A stretch of DNA of 64,000 nt from Planctomycetota bacterium (GTDB lineage: Bacteria; Planctomycetota; UBA1135; UBA2386): contig OZ245006.1 of the NCBI GenBank assembly GCA_965223545.1, positions 1,536,001 to 1,600,000 of the forward strand, written 5' to 3'. How positions within the stretch are numbered: the stretch's first letter is position 1; each line of letters begins with the position of its first letter. Under the pieces are notes generated by a model that did not search any database, was not told where the DNA came from, and worked only from the letters and a program-made list of their open reading frames with translations. The translations under genes and the position numbers were made by a program. This document shows positions 31,132 through 41,034 of the stretch, piece by piece.

Positions 31132-32519
31132 CTATTCGCCGAGCGCGACGTGCCGCAGCCGATACGACACCAGCTGCTGCAGATCGGGGAGCGCGTAGCA
31201 CCAGTCCCCAGCCTGCAGCGCCACCGAGACGAAGGGGCGCTGGACCACGGCCACTGGAAGCGCGAAACGGATCGACTCCCGCGGCGGCCCCTGCAGAGAG
31301 AAGTGGCCGATCTCGATGCCCTCGACCGAGACCGAAACCGCGCCGTCGAGCTCCGGCCGGGGCAGCCGCTCGAGGCCGAGCTCCAACGCGGTCGCGCCGG
31401 CGCACGCCAGCACCATCACGACGAGCGGCTCGGCGGCGCCGTCGACCGCGAGGCCTGCGTAGACGTGGCGTGCCGCCGCGGCGTCCAACGGCAGGTCGAC
31501 CCTGCTCTGGATTCCGGCGCCGCGCTCCTCGGCGGACTCCGGCGGGCCAGCCGACTCGTGCTCGGCAGCGGCGAAGATCGCCTCGAAGGACGGCGCGGAC
31601 GACGACCGCTCGGGGACGAGCGCGGGCGGCAGGAGGCGGCGACGCCGCAGCAGCTCATGGACGGCCTCCGCCATCTCCCCCGCGCCCTGCGCCCCCCAGT
31701 GCGCGTCCTGCTCGTTGACCCAGTTCGCCGAGTCGCCTGCCCACGCATTCGCGACGAAGGCGAACTGATCGGCGCGCAGATTGGCGGCGAGTTCGGCGCG
31801 CGCGACGGCGTTGTGCCCGCGCCAGTTGCCGATCATGCAGTAGCGGCCACCGCCCTGCTCGACCGCACGGGCCAACCTCGAGATCGCGGCCTCGGCGGCG
31901 GCGTATCTGGTGCGCCCCTCGTGGTCGATCGCCGCCTCGAGCGGCCCGAAGGTCGAGAACCCCAACCGCGTCGCGTAGGCCGCCGTGACCAGCGTGCCGG
32001 CGCGCGCGCGGTCGCGCGGCGAGAACACGGACATCGCGCCGAAACCCCGCACGCCGGCGACGTCGTCGAGGTCGTTGTTGTTGGTGAAGTGCAGCACGAC
32101 GTCGGGCTGCAGCAGCGACAGCTGGCGGCGCAAGTAGGCGCACTCGGCAATCACATCCCAGCTGCTGATGCCGACGTGCAGCACCTCGACAGAAGCGCCG
32201 GCATCGCCCGGCTGCAACATCTCGCGCAAGTAGGCGCCGACCCGATGCTCGGCCGTCGCGCCGTAGCCGAACACGAAGCTATCGCCCGACAACACGACGC
32301 GGAGCACCCCGGCGGGCTTCGGCAGCACGTAGCCCCGCTCGCGCATGCCGAACGCGTTGGCGTCGATGGTCGCGCCGCGGAACAGCTTGCCGCTTACGTC
32401 GGCCTGCAGGACGCGCCCGACGTCGGGGTCGCGGTGCGTGCAAGCGCGACACTGGTGGAGCCCAGGACCAGCAGGAGCTGGCCGCGCCGGCGGGCCGCGC
32501 GTTCCGAAAGCGACGTCAG
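31132..32519 (-). pseudogene. SGNH/GDSL hydrolase with apparent frameshift near its N-terminus
   Basis: VLSGDSF, DxH (DAHW); the coding frame extends upstream of ATG 32346 (HRDPDVGRVLQ..NAFGMR) with no start codon; a TM-like N-terminus lies in another frame. Confidence 0.6.
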
Positions 32520-33730
32520 GACGACACCTGCCAGCTCAGACAGTTGCTGACCAACGTCCCGGTCCCACACAGACCGATCATCTGCGAGCCGAGGGGCGCG
32601 CCGCAGAGCGAGGGGTTGGCGGGGATCCGCAACGACAGCGCCGCCACACCCGTGCAGCCCGTGCTGCCGACCGCCGGCACCGGACCGAACACGGTCGTCG
32701 TCGGGCCCACCGGAGCGAGGATCGGGCCACAAAACGACGGCAACGACAGGCCTGGAGGAGTGCACGCCCCCGCGCCGAGCGCCAGGAACGCGACGGCGCC
32801 GGCCGGAGCGTTCTCCAGCGTGACGCGAAACGACGCACTGCCGACTACGGGATCCCCGCGCAGTGCGTGCACCATCGCCGGACAGGACGTGCAAGCGCCC
32901 GCGGTGCAGCTCGTGCCCACCGACGCCTCGGTCGGCGGCATCCAGCCGAGGCCGACCATCGGATCGTTCGACGCGCTGACGCAACACCGCGAGCCGGTGA
33001 ACGCGCAGCTGCCGCGGTCGAACCGCAACTGCACGATGATGCGCCCGGCGACGTAGAGCGTCTTTTGGCACGCATCGTAAGCCAAGCCGGTCAGCCCGGT
33101 CAGCGGGATCATCGCGCACCGATCCAAAGGGATCCGGCAGAACGGGTTGCACGGGTCCGACAGGGGCGCGGCAAACACGGTGCCGCCCGCGCCGGTCGGA
33201 TCCGCCGTGCAGTAGAACAGTGTCCCCGTGCTGTCATCGCAGGCCGCACCACTCAGCACCTCGCCAACCGGCGGCGTGATCGCACACCGCGACACGAACG
33301 ACAGTGCGCAGCCGCTGGTGCGGAAGATGAGGATGTTGTTGCTGGCGTCGGTGACGAACAGCTGTTGGGTCGCCGCGCTGTGGGCCAGTCCGGTCGCCGG
33401 ATTCGAAGCAGAGACGCGCGGAATCGGAGCGACGCTGCACACCTCCGCGCAACCGCCTCGCGGATCCACTCGCCCGATCACCAGCCCGTTGGTGATCCAC
33501 AGACCACGTGTCGTGGCGTCGTAGGCGGCACCGCCGTGCGACGGTGCCGTCGCCGCGGGAAAGCCGGCCAAGGCGCACGAAGTCTGGACGCATGCGCCGA
33601 CGTCGGTGTTCAGAATCGACGGGATCTGTTCGGTCAGCCCCAGCAGACGCCCGCCGGTCTGGGCCGGCAGCGCGGCGGCCAACAGGACAAGGACACCGAC
33701 GCTCCGTCGGCGACGCGGGGTAGTGAACAT
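32516..33730 (-). CDS. Secreted Cys-rich beta-propeller-like protein with C-terminal module
   Basis: Signal LLAAALPAQ; GLAYD-type blades; tail IPANPSLCGAPLGSQ...SNCL. Confidence 0.7.
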   Translation of the reverse strand: MFTTPRRRRSVGVLVLLAAALPAQTGGRLLGLTEQIPSILNTDVGACVQTSCALAGFPAATAPSHGGAAYDATTRGLWITNGLVIGRVDPRGGCAEVCSVAPIPRVSASNPATGLAHSAATQQLFVTDASNNILIFRTSGCALSFVSRCAITPPVGEVLSGAACDDSTGTLFYCTADPTGAGGTVFAAPLSDPCNPFCRIPLDRCAMIPLTGLTGLAYDACQKTLYVAGRIIVQLRFDRGSCAFTGSRCCVSASNDPMVGLGWMPPTEASVGTSCTAGACTSCPAMVHALRGDPVVGSASFRVTLENAPAGAVAFLALGAGACTPPGLSLPSFCGPILAPVGPTTTVFGPVPAVGSTGCTGVAALSLRIPANPSLCGAPLGSQMIGLCGTGTLVSNCLSWQVSS

Positions 33731-33815
33731 GGGCAAGCTCCGAGTGACGGGACTCCAGATCGTCACCGACTCTTGTCGGAGGCGCAACACCAGCCCAGCA
33801 CCGATCAATCTCGAA

Positions 33816-34223
33816 TCACAGTGCCCGCACCGCCGCGCGCACGCGCTCCGCCTCGACCCCCGCCGAGTCCAAGGCGCGCGCGCCCGTGCTGTCGGAAACC
33901 TGCAACAGACCGAGCAGCAGATGCTCCGTGCCGATATCCGAGTGCCCGAGCGCCGCGCACTCCGCCATCGCCGCCTCGAGCACGCGCTGGACACGCGCAC
34001 TGAACGGCAGCTGCCGTGCGCGACCCGCAGGCGATGTTTCGACAAGCCGCTCCACCGCCTGCTGCACGGAGGCCGGCTCCACGCCGCAAGCGCGCAGGAC
34101 GCGCCGCGCCGTACCGTCCTCGACCCGGCAAAGGCCGAGCAGCACGTGCTCGGTGCCGATGTACTCGTGGCCGAACTCTTCCGCCGCCGCGCGGGCGTGC
34201 CGCATGACGCGCTTGTCGGTCAC
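33816..34223 (-). CDS. Stand-alone Clp N-terminal (repeat) domain protein
   Basis: Two GH..IGTEH.LLGL repeats, no AAA+ domain; GTG start overlaps the upstream TGA. Confidence 0.85.
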   Translation of the reverse strand: MTDKRVMRHARAAAEEFGHEYIGTEHVLLGLCRVEDGTARRVLRACGVEPASVQQAVERLVETSPAGRARQLPFSARVQRVLEAAMAECAALGHSDIGTEHLLLGLLQVSDSTGARALDSAGVEAERVRAAVRAL

Positions 34224-35161
34224 GTCGGGTCCAGGCAATCGCCGGTGATGCGCACGCGTGGATTGCGGCGCAGGAACGCCTGGCGGTCGGAGTCCAGGGC
34301 ATCGAACACCGAAGTCGGCACGTCGAACGGCCAGATGTAGTGGCCGTACTCGAAGCACGAGATCAGAGTGTCGCGGGTCGCCGCTTCGCGGCGGTTGCCG
34401 CGGTGGATGCCGTTGGCGTCGAACATGAACACCGTGCCAGCCTTGCCGGTGCACTGGACCTCCTCGAACTTCGCGAAGCGCTGCAGGGCGTCGCCCTCGA
34501 AGGTCCGGTTGCTGCGCGAGCGCGGGTGCACCAAGCGGTGGCTGCCCTTGAGGTAGCTCATGCACTGGTCGGTCTCGGTGACGTCGGTCAAGATCAGCAT
34601 CGAGGACAGCCGTTTGCCCAACGAGTCGTGGTGCCAGCCGAACGAACCGTAGTTCGAGGGCGGCCGCGGCTCGTAGCGGGCGGCGATCGCCTGGGTCAAC
34701 ATGACGCGCTTGCCCCAGTATCGTTCGGCAATCTCGGCCATCACCGGGTCGGTGGAAACGGTGGCGAAGCCGCGCACGTGCTTGAACGGGTCCCACGACT
34801 CGGTGACCCCCTCCTTCTGGTCGTAGCCCTGCTCTCGATACTTCAGCATCTGGCGCGGCGGCGGCACCGGACGCTCAGGCGCCTGCGGCGCGCTGCGAAT
34901 GCGCTCGACCATCGCCTCGAAGCCCGCCTTGATCTCGCCGAGCAGCGGCTCGCCGATGTGCCCGGGCAACGCGGCAACGCCATCGCGGCGCAGCGCGCGC
35001 ACGGCCTCCCGCACGCTCTCCGAGCCGCCGCGCGCGTGCGATACGCGGAGCGCTGGGTTGGGCAGCCGCGAGAGCCACTCCTTGCTCAAGAACCAGGCGC
35101 CGCCGACGGCGTTGCGGCCGCGGCGGACAAGCTGGTGGACGGGGTTGGTGGACGTCGGCAC
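34220..35161 (-). CDS. PhyH-family Fe(II)/2OG dioxygenase
   Basis: WHHD, GSHR, GKAGTVFMFD..GIHRG. Confidence 0.85.
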   Translation of the reverse strand: MPTSTNPVHQLVRRGRNAVGGAWFLSKEWLSRLPNPALRVSHARGGSESVREAVRALRRDGVAALPGHIGEPLLGEIKAGFEAMVERIRSAPQAPERPVPPPRQMLKYREQGYDQKEGVTESWDPFKHVRGFATVSTDPVMAEIAERYWGKRVMLTQAIAARYEPRPPSNYGSFGWHHDSLGKRLSSMLILTDVTETDQCMSYLKGSHRLVHPRSRSNRTFEGDALQRFAKFEEVQCTGKAGTVFMFDANGIHRGNRREAATRDTLISCFEYGHYIWPFDVPTSVFDALDSDRQAFLRRNPRVRITGDCLDPT

Positions 35162-35315
35162 AACTCTGGAGAAGTAGAAGCAGCGCAGTGGCGACCGAGC
35201 ATATCATCCAAGCACGCGCCCAGCGGAGTCCGGCTCCGCCCCATGCGCAGTACCGTCGACTGTCGGCTTCGAAGCGGTGGGCTTGGATCAACCCTCTCGC
35301 GCACGAGATGGTCGC

Positions 35316-36221
35316 CTACCCGAACACGTCCAAATCCAGCACGATCGGAAAGTGCGCGCCCTCGACGACCGCGCCGCGCTCCACGCGCGGCACGCCGCGC
35401 AGCAGTGGCTCGTCGCTGGCACAACGCGTGTCGGTTGCCATGTAGTTGACCACGAGCGCGCGCCGCGGCCGGTCGCTGCGGTTGCCGGCGGACCCGTGCA
35501 GCGTGTGCGAGTGGTGCAGCGTCGCCATCCCCGCGGGAACCGGCACCGCGACCGGGCGGAAAGCGGCGCGCTGCGCGGGGTCGAGGTGCGCCTTCACCGC
35601 GTCGCGCGGCGCGTCGAACGAGACCGGCGGCAGCAGGCCCCAACGGTGGCTTCCCGGGACGAACTCTAGACAACCGCTGTCTTCGTCGGCGTCGTCGAGC
35701 ATGACGTTGGCCGTGATGTGGGCCGCCGGCTCCGTCCGCGTCCAGTACGAGTAGTCCTGATGCCAAGGCACCGCGCCGCGATGCCGCGGCGGTTTGAAGA
35801 ACACCTGATCGTGCCACAGGCGCAGCGCGCGCCGGCCGAGCAGCTGCGCACACGGCACCGCCAATCGCGGCGCGAAGACCAGGTCGTGCAGCCACGGGTC
35901 GACGAGCCAGCCGCCGAGAAAATGACAGACGACGGCGTCGGGCGCGGCGCGGTGTGCGCGTTCGACCTCGTAGAGCCGTGGCTCGAGCCGGTCCAGATCG
36001 CGACGGCAGGCATCGACGGCGGCGCGCAGGCCGGCCAAGCACGCCGCGTCCAGGACCGGAACCGGGCCGACGAAGCCATCGCGCTCGAACCGCTCGACTT
36101 GCTCGTCGGAGAGGCGAAGGTCCGCGGCCTCGGCCGCCGTGCGCAGCGGCGGAAACGCGCCGAGCACCGGCCCGCCGGCACGCAGCAGGTCGGGTGCCTC
36201 GCCTCTCCGCCGCGCGCTCAC
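35316..36221 (-). CDS. PhyH-family Fe(II)/2OG dioxygenase
   Basis: FFKPP..PWHQDYSYW, GCLEFVPGSH, HHSHTLHGS..N.S.RPRR; GTG start overlaps murQ stop. Confidence 0.9.
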   Translation of the reverse strand: MSARRRGEAPDLLRAGGPVLGAFPPLRTAAEAADLRLSDEQVERFERDGFVGPVPVLDAACLAGLRAAVDACRRDLDRLEPRLYEVERAHRAAPDAVVCHFLGGWLVDPWLHDLVFAPRLAVPCAQLLGRRALRLWHDQVFFKPPRHRGAVPWHQDYSYWTRTEPAAHITANVMLDDADEDSGCLEFVPGSHRWGLLPPVSFDAPRDAVKAHLDPAQRAAFRPVAVPVPAGMATLHHSHTLHGSAGNRSDRPRRALVVNYMATDTRCASDEPLLRGVPRVERGAVVEGAHFPIVLDLDVFG

Positions 36222-37114
36222 GCCTCCAGCGCGCTCCGCACGACACCGCCATGCTCCGTGAGCAGCGCGCGCGCCGCGCCGGGCTCCAGCCCGCGCTGCT
36301 GCGCGACCAGCGCCGTCTTCAGCTCGCCGTCGCACCGCACCAACAGCTGCGCCGCGCCCGCGTCGTCGAGGCCGGTCACCTCGCGCACGATGCGGCGCGC
36401 CCGCGCGCGCAGCTTGTCGTTGGTGGCTTGCACATCGACCATCAGGTTGCCGTAGGCCTTGCCGCAGCGCACCATTGCGCCGGTCGACAGCATGTTCAGC
36501 ACCATCTTGGTCGCGGTGCCGGCTTTGAGCCGCGTCGACCCACTCAGCACCTCGGGCCCGACGACCGGAGTGATCGCCAGCGCCACCGCGCGCGCCAGCG
36601 GCGAACCGGCGTTGCACGACAGCCCGATGGTGAACGCACCGGCCGCGGACGCCACGTCGATGGCGCCGAGCACGTAGGGGGTGCGCCCGCTCGCGGTGAT
36701 CCCGACCACCGCGTCGGCCGCCATGGGGCGGTGAGCGGTGAGGTCGGCGTCGCCCAGCGCGCGGTCGTCTTCGGCGCCCTCCACCGATCGCAGCAGCGCG
36801 TCGGCCCCACCGGCGAGCACGCCGACGACCTGCCCGGGCGGCGCGCAGAACGTGGGCCCACACTCGACGGCATCCAACACGCCCAGCCGGCCCGATGTCC
36901 CGGCTCCGACGTAGAACAGCCGTCCGCCGCGACCGAATCGCGCCGCGATCTCTGCGACCGCGGCGGCAATGGACTCCTGCTCGGCGGCGACGGCCCGCGC
37001 GATGCCGGCGTCCTCGTCGTTCATCAGGCGCACCAAGTCGTGCGGGCTCAGGCGATCCAAGTCGGCGGCCCGCGCCAGCCTTGCCTCGGTCGTCAGCCGG
37101 TCCAGGTCGGACAT
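36218..37114 (-). CDS. murQ: N-acetylmuramic acid 6-phosphate etherase
   Basis: YVGAGTSGRLGVLDA.EC.PTF, EGAED, VGPEVLSGSTRLKAGTA.KMVLNMLST, NLMVDV. Confidence 0.96.
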   Translation of the reverse strand: MSDLDRLTTEARLARAADLDRLSPHDLVRLMNDEDAGIARAVAAEQESIAAAVAEIAARFGRGGRLFYVGAGTSGRLGVLDAVECGPTFCAPPGQVVGVLAGGADALLRSVEGAEDDRALGDADLTAHRPMAADAVVGITASGRTPYVLGAIDVASAAGAFTIGLSCNAGSPLARAVALAITPVVGPEVLSGSTRLKAGTATKMVLNMLSTGAMVRCGKAYGNLMVDVQATNDKLRARARRIVREVTGLDDAGAAQLLVRCDGELKTALVAQQRGLEPGAARALLTEHGGVVRSALEA

Positions 37115-37200
37115 CGGGCACCAGGCTAGCGAGAAAATCGTGTCAGACTCCGTACTTCCGCGGGGAACGTCTTGGGTGGGACGGCGTAGGGCTCGGCGGC

Positions 37201-38301
37201 ATGGCTCTTTGTTCACCGTTGTCGTTCTGCACCGTTGCCGCCCTGGCGGTGTTCCCTGCTGCCTTGGCTGCCCAGGGGGCTGTCGTGGTGCCTTCGCTCT
37301 ACGCGGCCGTCGACGGTCGCGGCTTGAGCGACTACCCGTTCTCACGGGCCGACGCCCGCACGCAGCTCATCGTCGACAGTGCTTCGGTGGCGACGGCCGC
37401 GGGGGTCATCACGGCGATCGAGTTCCGCGCAAACAACGAGGGACAAAGCTCCCCCCTGCCCGCGACCACCGTGCACAACGTGACGGTGCGCCTGAGCCAG
37501 ACCGGAGTCACGCCGACCACCATGAGTGGGACGTTTGCCAACAACATCACGGCGTCGCCGTCGGTGGGGTTTCAGGGATCGGTGGCGCTGCCGGCCTACA
37601 CGTCGCGGCCAACGTCGGTCGCGCCGTGGTCGGTGCGGATCCCCCTGTCGACGCCGTTCGGGTTCACCACGGCGGCGGGCGACCTGTTGTTCGACATCAC
37701 CGTCGCCAACGCACCACCGTCCGGACCGCAGTACTGGCTCGACGCCGCCACCGCGGATGGCGCGATCACGCGCTTCGGCAACCAGGGGCCGAACCTCGCC
37801 CCCCTCGAGATCACGAGTGTTCCCGGAGGCCGGCTGTTTCCCGGCGGCACGATGTTCGTGATCTACGAGTCGTACGATGCCAGCGTCTTCCACGGAGTGC
37901 CGGTCGCCGGCGCGACCCTGTTCGCCCAGAGTCGGCTCGCGACACCCCTCGACCTGACCTCGGTCGGCGCACCCGGCAACTTCCTCCACTTGCTGCCGGT
38001 GGTGCAGGTGCCGTTCGCGACGCAGGCGATCGTGCCGCCGTGCGCGGCCTTCGAGGGATCCGTGGCCTTCAACGTGCCGAACAGCAGCGCCCTGGTCGGG
38101 GCGCGCTTGGCCGCGCAAGGTGCCGTCGCCGCGCCCTCGGCCAACCCGCTGGGGATCGTCGCGCTCGAGGGCTTCGAATTCACCTTCGCCGACGGCAAGC
38201 CGCACCCGGTGGCTCAGGTGCAGGCGCCGTCGAGCACCGCGACGTTCGGCGCCAAGCCGCTCGCGGCGCTGGTGCTGCGCCTGGTCGGCTCGTTCCAATA
38301 G
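37201..38301 (+). CDS. Secreted hypothetical protein with shared C-terminal-type module
   Basis: Signal ..AALAAQ; PLDL..VGAPG...VPNSSALVGARLAAQ..ANPLG. Confidence 0.7.
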   Translation: MALCSPLSFCTVAALAVFPAALAAQGAVVVPSLYAAVDGRGLSDYPFSRADARTQLIVDSASVATAAGVITAIEFRANNEGQSSPLPATTVHNVTVRLSQTGVTPTTMSGTFANNITASPSVGFQGSVALPAYTSRPTSVAPWSVRIPLSTPFGFTTAAGDLLFDITVANAPPSGPQYWLDAATADGAITRFGNQGPNLAPLEITSVPGGRLFPGGTMFVIYESYDASVFHGVPVAGATLFAQSRLATPLDLTSVGAPGNFLHLLPVVQVPFATQAIVPPCAAFEGSVAFNVPNSSALVGARLAAQGAVAAPSANPLGIVALEGFEFTFADGKPHPVAQVQAPSSTATFGAKPLAALVLRLVGSFQ

Positions 38302-38485
38302 AGCCGACCGGCCGCGCGGCGCCGCTACTTGGTCTTGCGCCGATCGTGCGGCACCACGACGCAGCAGCTCGTCGTGCCGACGTTGCCCGACGGATCGGTC
38401 GCCGCCCCGCTCAAGCCGCACATACAGCCGCAACCAACTTGCGGCCCGCAAGAACGCCAGCGCGCCGAACCGTAGAGTCGCGCCC

Positions 38486-40981
38486 TCAGCGCGTCGCCAC
38501 CGCCGGAACGCCGGTCACGACGACGGGCGCCAGCCGCGTCAACTCGCCCGCGGCCAAGGCACGCGCCGCGCGGACCACCGGATCGCGACCCGGCACGTAG
38601 ATGGTCACGTCGTACTCCCCCGCCGGCAATCCGGCCGCGACATGCTCGGACCGCGAGTTTCGCCGCGCCCACACGTGATCGACCACCAGGTCCGGATGCG
38701 GAACCCATGCCTGCTTCGTCAACGACACGGCGACACCGGGAACCGGCCGGCCGGCCGGCCCCACGACCTCCACGCGCATCCCCGCCGTCGGCATGTCCTC
38801 GGCCCGCAGCGCGAGGCACCACTCCGCGGCGCGCGCGTGCACGGTCCAGGGTTTTCCAGCGGGGACATCGACAGCTGGCGGGAGCGCCACCATGTGGTGT
38901 GCGACGGCCGCCGTCGGGCCGAAGTCGAACCGACCCGCCGTATCCGTCGTCACTTGGCGCGGCCACGGCTCGCCACCGACTCCGGCCGGTCGCATCACCA
39001 ACCGCCAACTCGCCAAGCCCTCGCCATCGGGCCCCAAGAGTCGGCCGTGCAACCGAGCTCGCCCGTCGCCGAGCACGGGGTTCCAGGTCTGTGCCCCCCC
39101 GTTCTCCCATTCGAACAAGCGCCGCCGCACTCCGCCGACACCGCCGTCCACCCACACCGTGACCCGCGGCGAGGAAAACCCTGACAACCGGTAGCGACCC
39201 ATCGCGTCGGTGCGCACGCCGATCTCGGCGCGGTCGCGCTCCGGCTGCCACCAACCCACCCAAGCCCCGGCGAGCGGTCGACCCCGAGAGTCGGCGACCG
39301 TTCCCGCCAACACTCCTTCGACCAGGTCGAGGTCGAACGCGGTGTCCGCACCGGGGTCGACGTCGACGGCCACGGTGCGGCCGACCCGGCCCGGCGCCGA
39401 CACCGAAACCATCGTCCGGCCCGCGGGCACACCCGCGGCCTCGAACACACCACGCGCGTCGGTCCAAACCACCCGCGCCGGCCAGGCCGGCTGCCGCCGC
39501 CCCAGCGCGTCCGCCACCGGCGGCCGATAGCCGGCCCCGATCTCGATCCGCGCGCCCGCGATGCCGGCCCCGAGCCGATCGCGCACGCGTCCGCGCACGC
39601 TGCCGCCCGCCGCCGTCAACCGCAACACCACGTCGTGGTGTCGGCCGCCCAGACACACCACGCGGTGCACCCGCGCCGACGCGAGCGCCGCGTCGTACGC
39701 CTGCAGATAGCGCTCCCCACTGACGTGCTCCAAGCGAAACGCTCCGCGCGCATCGCTGACGGCCACCACCGTGCCCAGCCGCGCCGACGACGGCCGCGAC
39801 AACCAAACCGCGGCCCCGGGCACCGGCGCGCCTGCGCCGTCGACGACCGTACCGGCGATCGAATCACCGGCGGGAATGACCAGCTCGATCGACCCACCGG
39901 GGACGCGCGCCCGCACCAGGCCGCCACGCGCGGCCTCCAGTTCGAGCGCCCCGTCCGGCAGACCGTCCAGCGCGCATTCGCCGCGCGCATCGGTCGTCAA
40001 CCAGCGCGCGTGGAGGAACGGGTTGGCAACCGACTGCGGCCGGGCGTGCACCCGGCTCCCCGCGACGGGCCTGCCATCGGCGAAGCGCACCCGCAATCGA
40101 CCAGCGCCAGGCGACTTGTCTCTTGCCTCGACCAGGTGGCGCGCCGGATCGTCGGCGGCGCCTCGCTCGGGCGTGGCAGCGACGCGAGCCGTCTGCCGCG
40201 CGACTTCGAGCGCCGCGGGCACATCGGGCACCCGCGCCGCCGAGCGCCATTGCGCGCCGAGCATCGCGATCGCGACCACCGCGAGTACACCGGTAGCGAC
40301 CCGCAGGGCGACGCGACGCGACGCGGACGCGTCGACCGGCCGAACCACCTCCGCACGGACCGCGACCGCGTCGGCCGCGGGCGCGGGCGCGGGCGCGGCC
40401 CGCCCACGCTCCAGCAACACCAGCAGCACGACGCCGCGCCAGCCCGCTGGCAGCTGGCGGCGCAGCAGAGCAATGCCGCGCAGCAGCTGCGTGCGCACCG
40501 TCGCCGGCGGGCGCTCGAGCCGCTGCGCGATCTCCGCCGCAGACTCCCCGCGCAGCAAGCGCCGCTCGAGCACCGGGCGGTAGTGCGGCGGCAGCCGAGC
40601 GATCGCCGCAGCGAGGGTCGCCGGCAAATCCGCGAGGGCGGCTTCGAACGCGTCGCCCCGCGCTGGCAGCCCATCCAACGCTGCGCTCGACCGGGGCCGC
40701 CGGCGGGCCGCGCGGCCTCCGGAGCGCGCCTCGTTGCGCAGGATCGCCCGCAGCCACGGGCGCAGCGGGCGACCGGGCAGGTAGGCACGGGCGTGCCGCA
40801 TCGCCAACACGAACGTCTCCTGCACCAGATCGTCCGGCTCGACGCCGGCGGGCGCGAGCTGCAGGGCGAGCGCAGTGAGCTCGGGGCGCACGGCGCGGTA
40901 GATGGTGCTGAGCGAGTCGGGGCAGCCGGTCGCCCGAAACCGGGCGAAGAGCACTTCGAGAGAGTCACCACCGGCGGCCAT
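38486..40981 (-). CDS. ECF sigma factor fused to TM helix and carboxypeptidase-regulatory-like domains
   Basis: DDLVQETF...PWLRAILRN; LPPHYR...EIA..L.RP.ATVRTQL.RG; TM; repeated G.V.D..G.P..GA.V/TD..G.F units. Confidence 0.88.
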   Translation of the reverse strand: MAAGGDSLEVLFARFRATGCPDSLSTIYRAVRPELTALALQLAPAGVEPDDLVQETFVLAMRHARAYLPGRPLRPWLRAILRNEARSGGRAARRRPRSSAALDGLPARGDAFEAALADLPATLAAAIARLPPHYRPVLERRLLRGESAAEIAQRLERPPATVRTQLLRGIALLRRQLPAGWRGVVLLVLLERGRAAPAPAPAADAVAVRAEVVRPVDASASRRVALRVATGVLAVVAIAMLGAQWRSAARVPDVPAALEVARQTARVAATPERGAADDPARHLVEARDKSPGAGRLRVRFADGRPVAGSRVHARPQSVANPFLHARWLTTDARGECALDGLPDGALELEAARGGLVRARVPGGSIELVIPAGDSIAGTVVDGAGAPVPGAAVWLSRPSSARLGTVVAVSDARGAFRLEHVSGERYLQAYDAALASARVHRVVCLGGRHHDVVLRLTAAGGSVRGRVRDRLGAGIAGARIEIGAGYRPPVADALGRRQPAWPARVVWTDARGVFEAAGVPAGRTMVSVSAPGRVGRTVAVDVDPGADTAFDLDLVEGVLAGTVADSRGRPLAGAWVGWWQPERDRAEIGVRTDAMGRYRLSGFSSPRVTVWVDGGVGGVRRRLFEWENGGAQTWNPVLGDGRARLHGRLLGPDGEGLASWRLVMRPAGVGGEPWPRQVTTDTAGRFDFGPTAAVAHHMVALPPAVDVPAGKPWTVHARAAEWCLALRAEDMPTAGMRVEVVGPAGRPVPGVAVSLTKQAWVPHPDLVVDHVWARRNSRSEHVAAGLPAGEYDVTIYVPGRDPVVRAARALAAGELTRLAPVVVTGVPAVATR

Positions 40982-41034
40982 CGCACCGACCATAGTCGGC
41001 GCGGAGCACGGGGGTACCGCCGACCGGCGGACAA

